Shown here in pieces: positions 1 through 16,069 of a stretch of DNA of 64,000 nt; positions within the stretch are counted from its first letter, which is position 1; each line of letters opens with the position of its first letter. Position numbers and translations under genes: made by a program. The stretch lies in the NCBI GenBank assembly GCA_965202585.1, contig OZ241832.1, positions 39,618,001 to 39,682,000 of the forward strand, in the 5' to 3' direction. The notes beneath the pieces were generated by a model. It saw only the letters and a program-made list of their open reading frames with translations, made no database searches and was not told where the DNA came from. This DNA is from Thalia democratica. Lineage: Eukaryota.

Positions 1-1074
1 TTAAATTATTTTTAATTTATTTAGACTTATAAAAATTTAACAGTTTCAATTTTTTTATTTTTCCTGAATATATTGAATAGGTAATAGTTTTAAATTTTTT
101 ATTGTATAGTCATTATAGACTATATATAAAAAGTTTTGATTAATAAATTTTAAAAACATTAAAATAATCCATTTGAATTGGTCAATAATCACGGAAAATT
201 ACTGTTTTGGTATTTCAATTAAAGATCATACAATCTTAGCTAAACGATGTTTTTCTAATATAAAGAACCTCATAAAATTAACATGAAGTAAGACATCCTT
301 AAAATTATACTATATAACCGTATCAAATGAAAACTTAATTCGTATATGGATTAAAGCCATTAGTAATTTATAAACCACTGCAGTTTCCAAATGTTTAAGT
401 GTGTACCAATTATTCATTTTAGTATATATAGTAAAATTTTAAGTAATTATAATCAACTGGCTCTGATATTAATTGCCTTTAACCTAAAATACATACATGA
501 GCAAGTTTATCATTGCTGCTAACGAAAATAATGTGTAGTACTATCATAGCTTATATGGATTTTTTTCAAAGTTACTTCTTTCGAAAAGCAAAAACAAGTT
601 TAATTTATTTTTATTATAGTTTGTTGAAGTTTTCCAAAACAATGCTTAAACGTTCATTCAATGTGAACAAAATAAAACAAACGTACAAGATAGTTTTTAA
701 AAACCTTTAAAAACAGATGTTTTATTTTTACAGTTTCTAAAGCTAATAGTTATTGATACATTGATAGTAAAAAACTTAACCGTTCTTAACACGTTGTTTA
801 TGTATTTAGATTAGTCAGTCAAAAATTAAAATACCAGTGTTTTCAAATATATAATTTATAATTTTCGTAGTCTAGTGTGCACAGTTTTTTTTTTCAAGCA
901 AATTAGTATGCTTTGCTTTTGAAAAGGTTTAAGACCACTGATTAGCTGAATATCATTGATAAGAGCCGTTAAGTTTAAAATACAGCTGTTTTTTTTAAGA
1001 CTAACAAAATAAAATATTGGTGCGAATGTATTAAAACTCTAAAACAAGTTTATGATTCAATTTAATTTTATAGT

Positions 1075-2039
1075 CTTACTAAAATTTTTATAAATTTTTA
1101 GTAAGTGACTTCAAAAATTGTTAAATAATATTTTAGTAAATATTACAAAAAACGTATTGATAAAACTATGAAGATATTAATCTACTAGATGCTAATAATT
1201 TAACTAGTAATTTGAAAAAGTATATGACATAATTAAAATACTCCCGTTAAAAACGCCTACATAATGGTTTAAGACCATAAAGAAAACTTCTTGACTCCCA
1301 ATTGTAAATTAATCAACATTTCTAAGTCCGAGGTAGGTCGTGTATGTGAGGTTAAAATTGACTGCATCAATAAAGCTGTGTGTTTTAAATATAAAATTAA
1401 GCAGTGGACTGATACAGACCAAGTACATTGTCTCACTGGTTTAGAAAAACAAACGTACAGCTTTTTTAAGTTTGATGTAGTTTGTTTTTATTATTTTATC
1501 AGTGAAGAACTAGTGATAAGATCACTAAAACTCGCTGGTATTTATACTAGCGTACCTAATGAAGACTTGAGTCTAATAAAAAACGCATGTAGGCATTACT
1601 TTATGATCAAGGAAACCTAAGGTGCAAGAAGAGAGTAAATAACACCAGCTTTTTTTTTTATGCAGCGTAGGGATAGTTTATGGGTACAGAATTATGTGAA
1701 TTAGTAGGACTTTTTTCGTTAGTCGGGTTGAATAATATATTTGGTTTAGAAATAATTGGGTTGTACAGGGACGATGGTCTAGCTGTACTGGCGAATTCTT
1801 CTGGCTGTAAAGTCGAAAAGTTAAAAAAAAAAACAAACGCACGCTTTCTTCAAGTCTAAAGAGGTTACGAGTCACTGTTTAATCACCAATGACGACAACT
1901 GACAACCTGGATGTGAAACTCAACTTGTATGATCTCTCTTATATGCTTTATGAAAAGTAAAGTTCAAAAATTATGTTTATTAATGAAATTTCTAGTTATC
2001 AAAAAACTTAAGAATACAAATACCAAATACAATTAATCA
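1075..2039 (+). mobile_element. Decayed Penelope-like element (PLE) reverse transcriptase, 5' part
   Basis: Frameshifted translation across the homologous copies gives NCRLIN.SKSEVG, FKFDVV.FYPFISEEL (RT motif A), GEFC.LVG and LY(K/R)DDGLAV (YxDD), then TDNLDVKLNL and FINKNS. This is the motif order of cnidarian/coral-type PLE RTs. Confidence 0.85.
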
Positions 2040-3355
2040 GGGTAGGTGTCAAATATGCACGAAGGGACATTTACGCAAAAAAATTTTTGCAGGACGTCAA
2101 TTTTGCATGGGTGGTCACTTTTGCACGAAGACACTTTTGCACGAGACAAAATATTTTTATTTTATTTAATTTTTGATAACATAACGTTTTTATGTTTACT
2201 GTCGTTGTTAAAGAACCGTTATATATATATTCTTTGTAATTATTTGAAGTTTGTGAACAGTATAACTCATTATATAAATATTTAACGTATTTTTTTACAA
2301 TCAACAAACTATTAATAAGTATTCTAAATTATGATAAATTTTATTGTAAAGACAGTTTTATTTCTTTTTTTTTCATAGTTAGCAAGAGAAATAAATTTTA
2401 TTAGTTTTAAAAATACGTATAGTCAACTTATATTCAAAATTTTTTCTCTTCATTTTTTTATCTATTTAGTATTTTGAATTGAATAAATTTGCTGTTTTTA
2501 TTTTCAATAAAAAAAGAGAAAAACTAAATTAATAATTAATTAAACATGTTAACTTAAAACAGAAGTTTTTATTTTCATGTCTGCAAAGTTTCGATACTTT
2601 GTTTAATGTTGACTATGGTACATATTTAAAAAAACTATTACATATTTAAAAAACGAAATATTTATAAAAGTAATTTGAAGAATTTAGAGTATAGGAGCTT
2701 TACTTTTAAAATATTTACTAAATTTATTGTGTAACTTAATAATATCAGATTGATAAAACGGCTTAAATGTTTTACCTGTTTTCAAGTTTTTAGCTTAGTT
2801 CAATTTCAAAATCCATTAGGCAACTAAGTATGAGTTAAAAATAAAAAGAAAGTAAAGAAAAAAGCGAGATTAGTTTCGGATTAGTTCATTATAATAAATA
2901 TAAGTTTTTGTTATTATATAATAATCATGGAGCAAAAAAGTAAATGGAAGTTTATATGTTAAAGAGGCCATATCTTAAACGTGATTTATTTCTTAATTCA
3001 TGCTATAAGGAATTTATGAAAATAAGTTTTGGTAAACCTGTAAGAACTTAGCAGAAAACACTATTTTATAAAATAGTTGAAGTTAAAATAGTTAAGATGG
3101 ACTAAACAACTCAGTAATTTTAATTGATAGTAATTCGACAATTGAATTTGGTTCGGTTAAACTTAGGTTAAACAATATAACACGATGAAAATAATTTTTG
3201 AACATATTTTATTACAAAAATACTTCTACTAGAAATAGAATTGAAATATTTTTAACATATACATAAAACATACATAAATAGAAATGTTAGAATAAATCAT
3301 GGAAAGAAACTGATAAAACTTATAACACGCCAATAACACTGCTTTAGACATTAAG

Positions 3356-3778
<423 letters not shown>

Positions 3779-4869
3779 CTAAATAACCTATTTTATTGAA
3801 ATACACTTATTATTATTTTTTAGCTTATTTCAACTTTATAAAACAGTTTAAATTTCTTATTGTTCTGAATATATTTATAACTTAATAGTTTTAATTTTTT
3901 ATTGTATAGTCATTACGGTCTAAGAACAGGAAGTTTAGATTAACAAAATTCAAAAACATTAAAATATTCAATAATAATTGGTCAATAGGCATCGAAAAAA
4001 ATACAATTTAAGTTTTTTAATTAAAGGTGAAACAAACTTAGCTAATCGGCGTTTTTTAATACAATGAACTTCATAAAACTAACATAAAGTAATTCATCTT
4101 TAATATTATTTTTAGTAACCCTACTAATTAAAAACTATAACTTAAGCTGTACATGGATTAAAGTCATTTTGAATCATTAAGCCCCTGCAACTTCCATATG
4201 GTTTAGTGTATATCAATTACTCATTTTAGTATATATAGTATAACTTTAAGTAATTATAATCAACTTGCTTGATATTAATTGCATTTGACCTAAAATACAT
4301 ACATGAGCAAGTATATCATTACTGCTAACGAAAATAATGTGTAGTACTATCATAGCTTATATGAATTTTTTTTAAGTTTCTTTTAAAAATCGAAAACAAG
4401 TTTAATTTATTTTTATTATAGTTTGTTGAAGTTTTCCAAAACAATGTTTAAACGTTAATTCAATGTAAATAAAAAAAAACAAACAAGATAGTTTTTAACA
4501 CCTTTAAAAACAGATGCTTTATTTTTTAGTTGCTAAAGCTAATAGTTATTAATGCTTAGATAGTCGAAAACTTTAACCGTTCTTAACACGTTGTTTATAT
4601 ATTTAGATTAGTCAGTCAAAAACTAAAATACTAATAGTTTTGATAAATAATTTATAGCTTTCGTAGTCTAGTGGGCACAGTTTTTTTTTAATAATTAAGT
4701 ATGCTTTGCTATTGAAAAGATTTATGACCACTGATTAGATGAATATCATTGATACGAGCCTTCAAGTTAGAAATACAGTTGTACTTTCTAAAACTAACAA
4801 AATAAAATATTGGTGCGAAAGTACTAAAACTTTGAAACAAGTTCATGATTCAATTTAATATTATAGTCT

Positions 4870-5825
4870 TACTGAATTTTTTACGAAATTTCAGTAAATG
4901 ACTACAAAAGATTATTAAACGACAATATTAGTAAATTACAAAAAAAATACTGATTAAACTATGAAACCTATTAATCTAAATTCTAGATGTTATTAATTTA
5001 ACTAATAATTTAAAAACACATGACGGAATTTAAAAAATTCGTAAAAAACGCCTACATAATGGTTAAAAACCATTAAGAAAACTTTTGGACTCCCAATTGT
5101 AGATTAATCAACACTTCTAAGTCCGAGGTAGGTCGTGTATGTGAGGTTAAAATTGCCTGCATCAATAAAGCTGTGCGTTTTAAATCTAACTTATGCAGTG
5201 GACTGATACAGACCAATTAAGTTGTCTCACTGGTTTAGAAAAACAAACGTACAGCTTTTTTAAGTTTGATGTAGTATGTTTTAATCCTTTTATCAGTGAA
5301 GAACTAGTAATAAAATCACTAAAACTCACTGGTAATTATACTAGCGTACCTAATGAAGACTTGAGTCTAATAAAAACGCATGTAGGTATTACTTTATGAT
5401 CTAGAAAACCTAAGGTGCAAGAAAAGAGCGAACAACAACAGATTTTTTTTGATGCAGCGCAGGGATAGTTTATGGGTGGAGAATTTTACAAATAGTAGGA
5501 CTTTTTTCGTTAGACGGGTTGAATAATATATTTGGTTTAGAAATAATTGGGTTGTACAAGGACGATGGTCTAGTTGTACTGCCTAATTCTTCTGGCTTTT
5601 AAGTTGAAAAGTTAAAAAACAAACGCACGCTTTCTTCAAGTCTAAAGGGGTTACGAGTCACTGTTTAATCACCAATGATGACAACTGACAACCTGGATGT
5701 GAAACTCAACTTGTATGATGTCTCTTATATGCTTTATAAAAAGTAAAGTTCAAAAATTATGTTTATTAACAAAAATTTTAGTCACCAGAAAACTTCAGAA
5801 AACTAATACTAAATTAAATTAATCA
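4870..5825 (+). mobile_element. Decayed PLE RT fragment (unit 2)
   Basis: Homologous to 1075-2039; contains LYKDDGL. Confidence 0.85.
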
Positions 5826-7126
5826 GGGTAGGTGTCAAATATGCACGAAGGGATATTTTTTCGCAAAGACACTTTTGCAGGATGTCAATTTTGCATGGGT
5901 GGTCACTTTTGCACGAAGACACTTTTGCACAAGACAAAATCTTTTTATTTTATTTAATTTTTGATAACATAAAGATTTTATGTTTACTGTCGTTGTTAAA
6001 GTCCCGTTATATTTATAATCTTTGTAACTAGTTTAAGTTTGAACAGTATAACTCATTATACAAATTTTTAACATACTTGTTTTACAATGAACAAACTGTA
6101 AATAAGTATTCTAAATTAAGATGATAAGTTTTATTGTAAAAACATTTTTAATTCTCTTTTTTTCATTATTAGCAATAGAAATAAATTTTATCAGTTTTCA
6201 AAATACGTTTAGTCAACCTTTTTTCAATTTTTTTCTCTTCAATTTTGTAGCTCTTTCAGTACTTTAAATCGAATCGAATAAATTTGCTGTTTTTATTTTC
6301 AATAAAAAAAGAGAAAAGCAAAATTAATAGTTCATTAAACATGTTAACTTAAAACGGAAATTTTTATCTTCATGTCAGCAAAGTTTCGACACTTTGTTTC
6401 ATGTAGACAATGGTATATATTTAATCAACTTCAAATAAAATATTTCGAAGAATTTAGAGTATAGGAATTATACTTTTTAAACATTTACTTAATTTATTGT
6501 GTAATTAAAGAATATCAGATTGATAAAACGGCTTAAAATTTTACCTATTTTCAAGTTTTTAGCTTAGTTCAATTTCAAAATCCATTAGGCAATTACGTAT
6601 TATTTAAAAATCATAAGGAAGTATAAAAAGTAAAGCGAGATTGGTTTCTGGATTAGTTCATTATAAAATTCTAAGTTTTTGTTATTATATAATAATCATG
6701 GAGCAAAAAAGCAAATGGAAATTTATATGTTGAAGAGGCCATATCTTAAACGTGATTTATTTCTTAATTCATGCTAAAAGGAATTTATGAAAATAAGTTT
6801 TGGAAAACCTGTTAAAATTAAGCAGAAAACGCTATTTTATAAAATAGTTGAAGTTAAAATAGTTAAGTTGGACTAAACAACTCAGTAAGTTTAACTGATA
6901 GTAATTCGACAATTGAATTTGGTTCGATTAAACTTAGGTTAAACAATATAACACTATGAAAATACTTTTTGAACATATTTTATTACAAAAATACTTCTAC
7001 TAGAAATAGAAGTGAAATATCTTTAACATATACATAAAACATACATAAATAGAAATGTTAGAATAAACCATGGAAAGAAACTGATAAAACTTATAACACG
7101 CCAATAACACTACTTTAGACATTAAG

Positions 7127-7558
<432 letters not shown>

Positions 7559-8649
7559 CTATTTTTTTTAAATACACTTTTAATTATTTTTTAGCTTATT
7601 TTAACTTTATAAAACATTATTAACTTCTTATTTTTCTAAGTGTATTTAAAACTTAATAGTTTTCATTTTTTCATTGCATAGTCATTACGGTCTAAAGAGA
7701 GGAAGTTTTGATCAACAAAATTCAAAAACATTTAAATATTTTGTTTTAATTGGTCAATAGGCACCAAGGAATTACAAATTATAGTTTAATTAAAGGTGAA
7801 ACAAACTTAGCTAATCGACGCTTTTACAATACAACGAACTTAATAAAATTAACATTAAGTAATACACCTTTAAAATTATACTAAGTATCCTTACTAATTA
7901 AAAACTACAACTTAAACAATATATGGATTAATGTCATTATTAATCTTTAAGCCACTACAGCTTCCATATGGCTTAGTGAGTTACAATTGCTCATTTTAGT
8001 ATATATAGTAAAACTTTAAATAATTATAATCAATTGGCTCTGATATTAATTGCCTTTGACCTAAAATACATACATGAGCAAGTATATCATTACTGCTAAC
8101 TGAAATGATGTGTAGTACAATAACTAAAATGGATTTTTTTTAAAGATACTTTTGAAAGTAAATACAAGCTTAACTTATTTTTATTATAGTTTTTTAAAGT
8201 TTTCCGAGACAATGTTTAACCGTTTATTCAATGTAAATAAATAAAAAAAACATTCAAGATAGTTTTTAACAAACTTAAAAACAGATATTTTTTTTTAGTT
8301 TCTAAAGCTAACAGTTATTGATGCATTGCATTGATAGTCCAAAAACTTAAACCGTTCTTTACACGCTGTTTATATATTTAGATTAGTCAGTCAGAAAATT
8401 AAAATACTAGTAGTTTTGAATATATAACTTATAGTTTTCGTAATCTAGTGTGCACATTTATTTTTTTCAAGTAATTTAGTATGCTTTGCTTTTGAAAAGG
8501 TTTAAGACCACTGATTAGCTGAATATCATTGATACGAGCCGTTAAGTTTGAAATACATCTGTACTTTTTAAAACTAACAAAATAAAATATTGGTGCGCAA
8601 GTATTAAAACTTTAAAACAAGTTAATGATTCAATTTATTATCTTAGTCT

Positions 8650-9599
8650 TACTGAAACTTTTACGAAATTTCAGTAAGTGACTACAGAAGATTATTAAAT
8701 GACAATATTAGTAAATTACAAAAAATGTACTGATTAAACTATGAAAGATATTAATCTAGATGCTTTTAATTTAACTAATAATTTAAAAATACATGACAGA
8801 ATTTAAAAAACTTTCGTAAAAAACGCATACATAACAGTTAAAAACCATTAATAAAACTTCTTGACTCTCACTTGTAGATTAATCAATACTTTTAAATCCG
8901 AGGTAGGTCGTGTATGCGAGGTTAAAATTGACTGCATCAACTAAGCTGTGCGTTTTAAATCTAACTTATGCAGTGGACTGATACAGACCAACTAAGTTGT
9001 CTTACTGGTTTGGAAAAACAAACGTACAGCTTTTTTAAGTTTGATGTAGAATATTTTTATTCTTTTTACAGCGAAGAACTAGTAATAAAATCACTAAAAC
9101 TCGCTGGTATTTATACTAGCGTACCTAATGAAGACTTAAGTCTAATAAAAAAATGCATGTATGCATTACTTTATGATCAAGGAAACCTAAGGTGCAAGAA
9201 GAGAGTAAATAACACCAACTTTTTATTTATGCAGCGTAGGGATAGTTTATGGGGAGAATTTTGCGGATTAGTAGGACTTTTTTCGTTAGACGGGTTGAAA
9301 ATTATATTTGGTTTAGAAATAATTGGGTTGTACATGGACGATGGTCTAGCTGTACTGGCGAATTCTTATGGCTTTTGAGTCGAAAAGTTAAAAAACAAAC
9401 GCACGCTTTCTTCAGGTCTAAAGGGGTTACGAGTCACTGTTTAATCACCAATGATGACAACTGACAACCTAGATGTAAAACTCAACTTGTTTGATCTCTC
9501 TTATATGCTTTATAAAAAGTAAAGTTCAAAATTATGTTTATTAACAAAATTCTAGTTATCAAAAAACTTTAGAAAAGAAATACCAAATACAATTGATCA
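8650..9599 (+). mobile_element. Decayed PLE RT fragment (unit 3)
   Basis: ORF 8968-9378 translates FKFDVEYFYSFYSEEL...GEFCGLVG...GLYMDDGLAVL. Confidence 0.88.
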
Positions 9600-9715
9600 G
9601 GGTAGGTGTCAAATATGCACGAAGTGACATTTTTGCGCATTAACACTTTTGCATGACGTCAATTTTGCATGAGTGGTCACTTTTGCTTGAAGACACTTTT
9701 GCACAAGACAAAATC
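9600..9715 (+). mobile_element. Left arm of the Mutator-like MITE (GGGTAGGTGTCAAATATGCACGAAG followed by CACTTTTGCAC repeats), representative copy
   Basis: Also starts at 2040, 5826, 17031 and 23396 (plus) and, inverted, ends at 27462 and about 34820. It always interrupts the PLE at the same base. Its inner boundary is not determined. Confidence 0.7.
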
Positions 9716-10861
9716 TTTTTTTGTTTAATTTTTGATAAGATAACGATTTTATGTTTACTGTCGTTGTTAAAGACCCGTTATATATATAATCTTTGTAATT
9801 ATTTTAAGTTTGATAACAGTATAACTCATTATACAAATATCTAACATATTTGTTTAACAATCAACAAACTGTAAATAAGTATTCTAAATTATGATGATAA
9901 ATATTATTGTAAAAACAGTTTTATTCCTCTTTTTTTCATTATTAGCAAGAGAAATAAATTTTATTAGTTTTAAAAATACGTATAGTCAATTTATTTTCAA
10001 AATTTTTTCTCTTCAATTTTGTATCTATTTAGTATTTTGAATAGAATGAATTTGCTGTTGTTATTTTCAATAAAAAAAGAGAAGCAAAATTATTAATTAA
10101 ACATGTTAACTTAAAACAGAAGTGTTTATTTTCATGTCTGCAAAGTTTCGATACTTTGTTTAATGTAGACAATGGTATATATTAACCTTCAATTGAAATA
10201 TTTCGAAGAATTAAGAGTAAAGGAGTTTTATTTTAAATATTTACTAAATTTATTGTGTAACTAAATAATATCAGATTGATAGAACGGCTTAAATGTTTTA
10301 CCTATTTTCAAGTTTTTAGCTTAGTTCAATATCAAAATCCATTAGGCAATTAAGTATCATTTAAAAATCAAAGGGAAGTATAAAAAAAAACAAGATTTGT
10401 TTCGGATTAGTTTAGTATAATAAATCTTAATTTTTCTTATTACATAATCAGGGAGCAAAAAATAAATAGAAATTTACATGTTTAAGAGGCTCTATCTTAA
10501 ACGTGATTTATATCTTAATTCATGCTAAAAAGAATTAATGAAAATGAGTTATGAAAGACCTGTTAGAACTTAGCAGAAAACATTATTTTATAAAACGGTT
10601 GAATTGAAACTAGATTTGACTTAAGAACTTAGTAATTTTAACTGACTGTAATTCGAAAATTGAATTTGATTAAGTTTATTTTAGGTTAAACAATACAACA
10701 CAATAAAAATAGTCTTTGAACATATTTTATTAAAAAATTCTTCTATAGAAATAGAAGTGAAGAATCTTTTATATATACATTAAACACACAAAAATAGAAA
10801 TGTTAGAATAAACCATAGAAAAGAAACTGATAAAATTTATAACACTGCTTTAAACATTAAG

Positions 10862-11284
<423 letters not shown>

Positions 11285-11799
11285 CTAAATAACTTATTTT
11301 ATTAAAATATAATTTAAACTATTTCTAGTTTATTAAAACTTTAAAGAATTTAAAAAGTGTATTCAATTTTTTATTTTTCCTAATAAAAGTAAAAAAGGTA
11401 ATAGTTTTAAATTTTTTATTGTATAGATTTTAGACTATACTTAAAAAGTTTTGATTAACAAAATTTTACAAACATTAAAATAATCCATTTTAATTGGTCA
11501 ATAAGCATCGAAAAAATACTGTTTTGGTTATGTCTGTTAAGCTGGGCTAAACAACTTAGTAATTTTAATTGATAGTAATTCGACAATTGAAATTGGTTAG
11601 GTTAAACTTAGGTTAAACAATATAACACAATGAAAATAGTCTTTAACATATTTTAGTACAAAAATACTTCTACTAGAAATAGAAGTGAAACATTTTTAAC
11701 ATATACATAAAACATACATAAATAGAAATGTTAGAATAAACCATGGAAAGAAACTGATAAAACTTATAACACGCCAATAACACTGCTTTAGACATTAAG

Positions 11800-12222
<423 letters not shown>

Positions 12223-13309
12223 CTAAATAACCTTTTTTATTAAAATGCACTTATTATTATTTTTTAGCTTATTTCAACTTTATAAAATATTTTTAGTTTC
12301 TTATTTTTCTGAATATATTTAAAACTTAACAGTTTTAATTTTTTTACGGTCTAGGAACAGGAAGTTAAGATTAACATAATTCAAATATTAAAATATTCAA
12401 TAATAATTGGTCAATAGGCATAGAAAAAAATACAATTGAAGTTTTTTAATTAAAGTTGAAACAAACTTAGCTAATCGGCGTTTTTTAATACAACGAACTT
12501 CATAAAATTAACATAAAGTAATACATCTTTAAAATTATTTAAAGTAACCCTACTAATTAAAAACTATAACTTAAACTGTACATGGATTAAAGTCATTTCT
12601 AATTATCAAGCCCCTGCAACTTCTATATGGTTTAGTGTATATCAATTACTCATTTTAGCATATAAAGTTAAACTTGAAGTAATTATAATCAACTGGCTCT
12701 GATATTAATTGCATTTGACCTAAAATACATACATGAGCAAACATATTATTACTGCTAACGAAAATAATGTGTAGTACTATCATAGCTAATATGGATTTTT
12801 TTCAAAGTTACTTTCGAAAAGCAAATACAAGTAAAATTTATTTTTATTATAGTTTGTTGAAGTTTTCCAAAACAATGTTTAAACACTCATTCAATGTAAA
12901 TAAAATAAAACAAACATACAAGATAGTATTTTACAACCTTTAAAAACAGATGTTTTATTTTTAGTTGCTAAAGCTAATAGCTATTGACGCATTGATAGGA
13001 AAAAAAACTTAATCGTTCTTAACACGTTGTTTATATATTTAGGTTAGTCAGTCAAAAAATTAAAATATTAGTAGTTTTGAATTTATAATTTATAGTTTAT
13101 TTAGTCTAGTGTGCACAGTTTTTTTTCAAGTAATTTAGTATGCTTTGCTTTTGAAAAGGTTTAAGACCACTGATTAGATGAATATCATTGATACGAGCCT
13201 TCAAGTTAGAAATACAGCTGTACTTTCTAAAACTAACAAAATAAAATATTGGTGCGAAAGTATTAAAACTTTGGAACAAGTTTATGATTCAATTCATTAT
13301 CTCAGTCTT

Positions 13310-14070
13310 ACTGAAACTTTTACGAAATTTCAGTAATAAACTACAGAAGATTTTTAAACGACAATATTAATAAATATTTTAAAAAATGTATTGATAAAAC
13401 TATGAAAGATATTAATCTACTAGATGCTAATAATTTAACTAGTAATTTGAAAAAATATATGACATAATTAAAATACTCCCGTTAAAAACGCCTACATTAC
13501 GGTTAAAAACCATTAAGAAAACTTCTTGACTCCCAATTATAGATTAATCAACACTTTTAAGTCCGGTGTAGATCGTGTATGTGAGGTTAAAATTGCCTGC
13601 ATCAATAAAGCTGTGCGTTTTAAATCCAACTTATGCAGTGGACTGATACAGACCAAGTACATTGTCTCACTGGTTAGGAAAAACAAACGTAGAGCTTTAT
13701 AAATTTGATGAGAATGTTTTTATTCTTTTATCAGCAAAGAACTAGTAATCAAAACACTAAAACTCGCTGGTAATTATACTAGCGTACCTAATGAAGACTT
13801 GAGTCTAATAAAAAAACACATGTAGGCAGTACTTTATGATTAAGGAAACCTAAGGTGCAAGAAGAGAGTAAATAACACCAGCTTTTTTTGATGCAGCGTA
13901 GGGATAGTTTATGGATGGAGAATTTTGCCGATTAGTTGGACTTTTTTCATTAGACGGGTTGAAAATGTATTTGGTTTTGAAAGAATTAGGTTGAAAAGGG
14001 ACGATGGTCTAGCTGTACTGCCTAATTCTTCTGGCTTTGAAGTCGAAAAGTTAAAAAAACAAACGAACGC
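13310..14070 (+). mobile_element. Decayed PLE RT fragment, 3' truncated by a deletion junction
   Basis: Homology ends after KLKKQTN at about 14,070 and joins directly to the downstream flank of copy 5. Confidence 0.8.
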
Positions 14071-14545
14071 CAAATTTTCTCATTTCACACATAAATATAC
14101 TATTTTGCCCAAAATAATTCAGAACTTAGTGTTGAAGAATTTTCTGTTTCAGTAATAAGTAAGCTTTGTTTAATAACTTTAACAGGCATCAAACAAGAAT
14201 AATGTTTCTAAATAATGACAGCCATTACTTATTGCAATTTTCAGTTGCTTAATTAACTAATAAATTAAATATTTTGTGAAAACTTAAATGTTTTTCATCT
14301 ATTATCTTGAGTAAGCTAATACATCGATTGTAAGTGGTTATTTTGTCAGGTGGATGTTTTTTTATCAACTTAAAAACCGTTCTTATTCAATTGAGTAAAA
14401 ATTAATTTAAAAAATATATGACTTAGTTTACAAAAATACTTTTACTACAAATAGAAGTGAAGACTCTTCAATATATACATAAAACACACAAAAATAGAAA
14501 TGTTAGGATAAACCATAGAAAAGAAACTGGTAAAACTTATAACAC

Positions 14546-14983
<438 letters not shown>

Positions 14984-16069
14984 CTAATTAACCTATTTTA
15001 TTGAAATATAATTTAAATTATTTTTAGTTAATTTAGACTTTAAAAAATTTAAAAAGTAATTCTAATTTTTTATTTTTCCTGAATATATTGAAAAGGTAAT
15101 AGCTTTAAATTGTTTATTGTATAGTCATTATGGACTATACTTAAAAAGTTTAGATTAACAAATTTAACAAACATTAAAATGGTCCATTTTAATTAGTCAA
15201 TAAGCATCGAAAAAATACTATTTTGGTATTTTAATTAAAGATCATACATTCTTAACTAAACGATGTTTTTCTAATATAAAGAACCTCATAAAATTAACAT
15301 GAAATAAGACATCTTTAAAACTATTTTATATAACCGTACCAAATTAAAACTTAAATCGTATATGGATTAAAGTCATTTGTAAATTATAAACCACTGCAGA
15401 TTCCATTTAGTTAAGTTTGTAACAATTGCTTATTTGTAAAATTTTAAGTAATTATAATCAACTTGCTCTGATATTAATTGCCTTTAACCTAAAATACATA
15501 CATTAGCAAATATATCATTACTGCTAACGAAAATAATGTGTAGTACTATCATAGCTAATATGGATTTTTTTCAAAGTTACTTTCAAAAAGCAAAAACAAG
15601 TTTACTTTATTTTTATTATAGTTTGTTGAAGTTTTCCAAAACAATGTTTAAACATTCAATCAATGTAAATAAAACAAACGTACAAGATAGTTTATAACAA
15701 CCTTTAAAAACAGATGTTTTATTTTTTAGTTTCTAAAGCTAATAGTTATTGATGCATTGATAGTAAAAAAACTTAACCGTTCTTAACACGTTGTTTATGT
15801 ATTTAGATTAGGCAGTCAAAGATTAAAATACTAGTGTTTTCAAATATATAATTTATAGTTTTCGTAGTCTAGTGTGCACAGTTATTTTTTCAAGTAAGTT
15901 AGTATGCTTTGCTTTTGAAAAGGTTTAAGACCATTGATTAGCTGAATATCATTGATAAGAGCTGTTAAGTTTGAAATACAGCTGTACTTTTTAAACTAAC
16001 ATAATAAAATATTGGTGCGAATGTATTAAAACTCTAAAACAAGTTTATGATTCAATTTAATATTATAGT

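Noticed and set aside
1291-1620. ORF-track proteins in the spacers (e.g. 1291-1620, 5193-5399, 8968-9378, 16964-17278) as functional genes
   Set aside because: They are pieces of the PLE RT or MITE, with different stops and frameshifts in each unit.
2040-2150. CACTTTTGCAC short repeats as a CRISPR-like array
   Set aside because: Irregular subterminal MITE repeats with no unique spacers of constant length, in a eukaryotic context.
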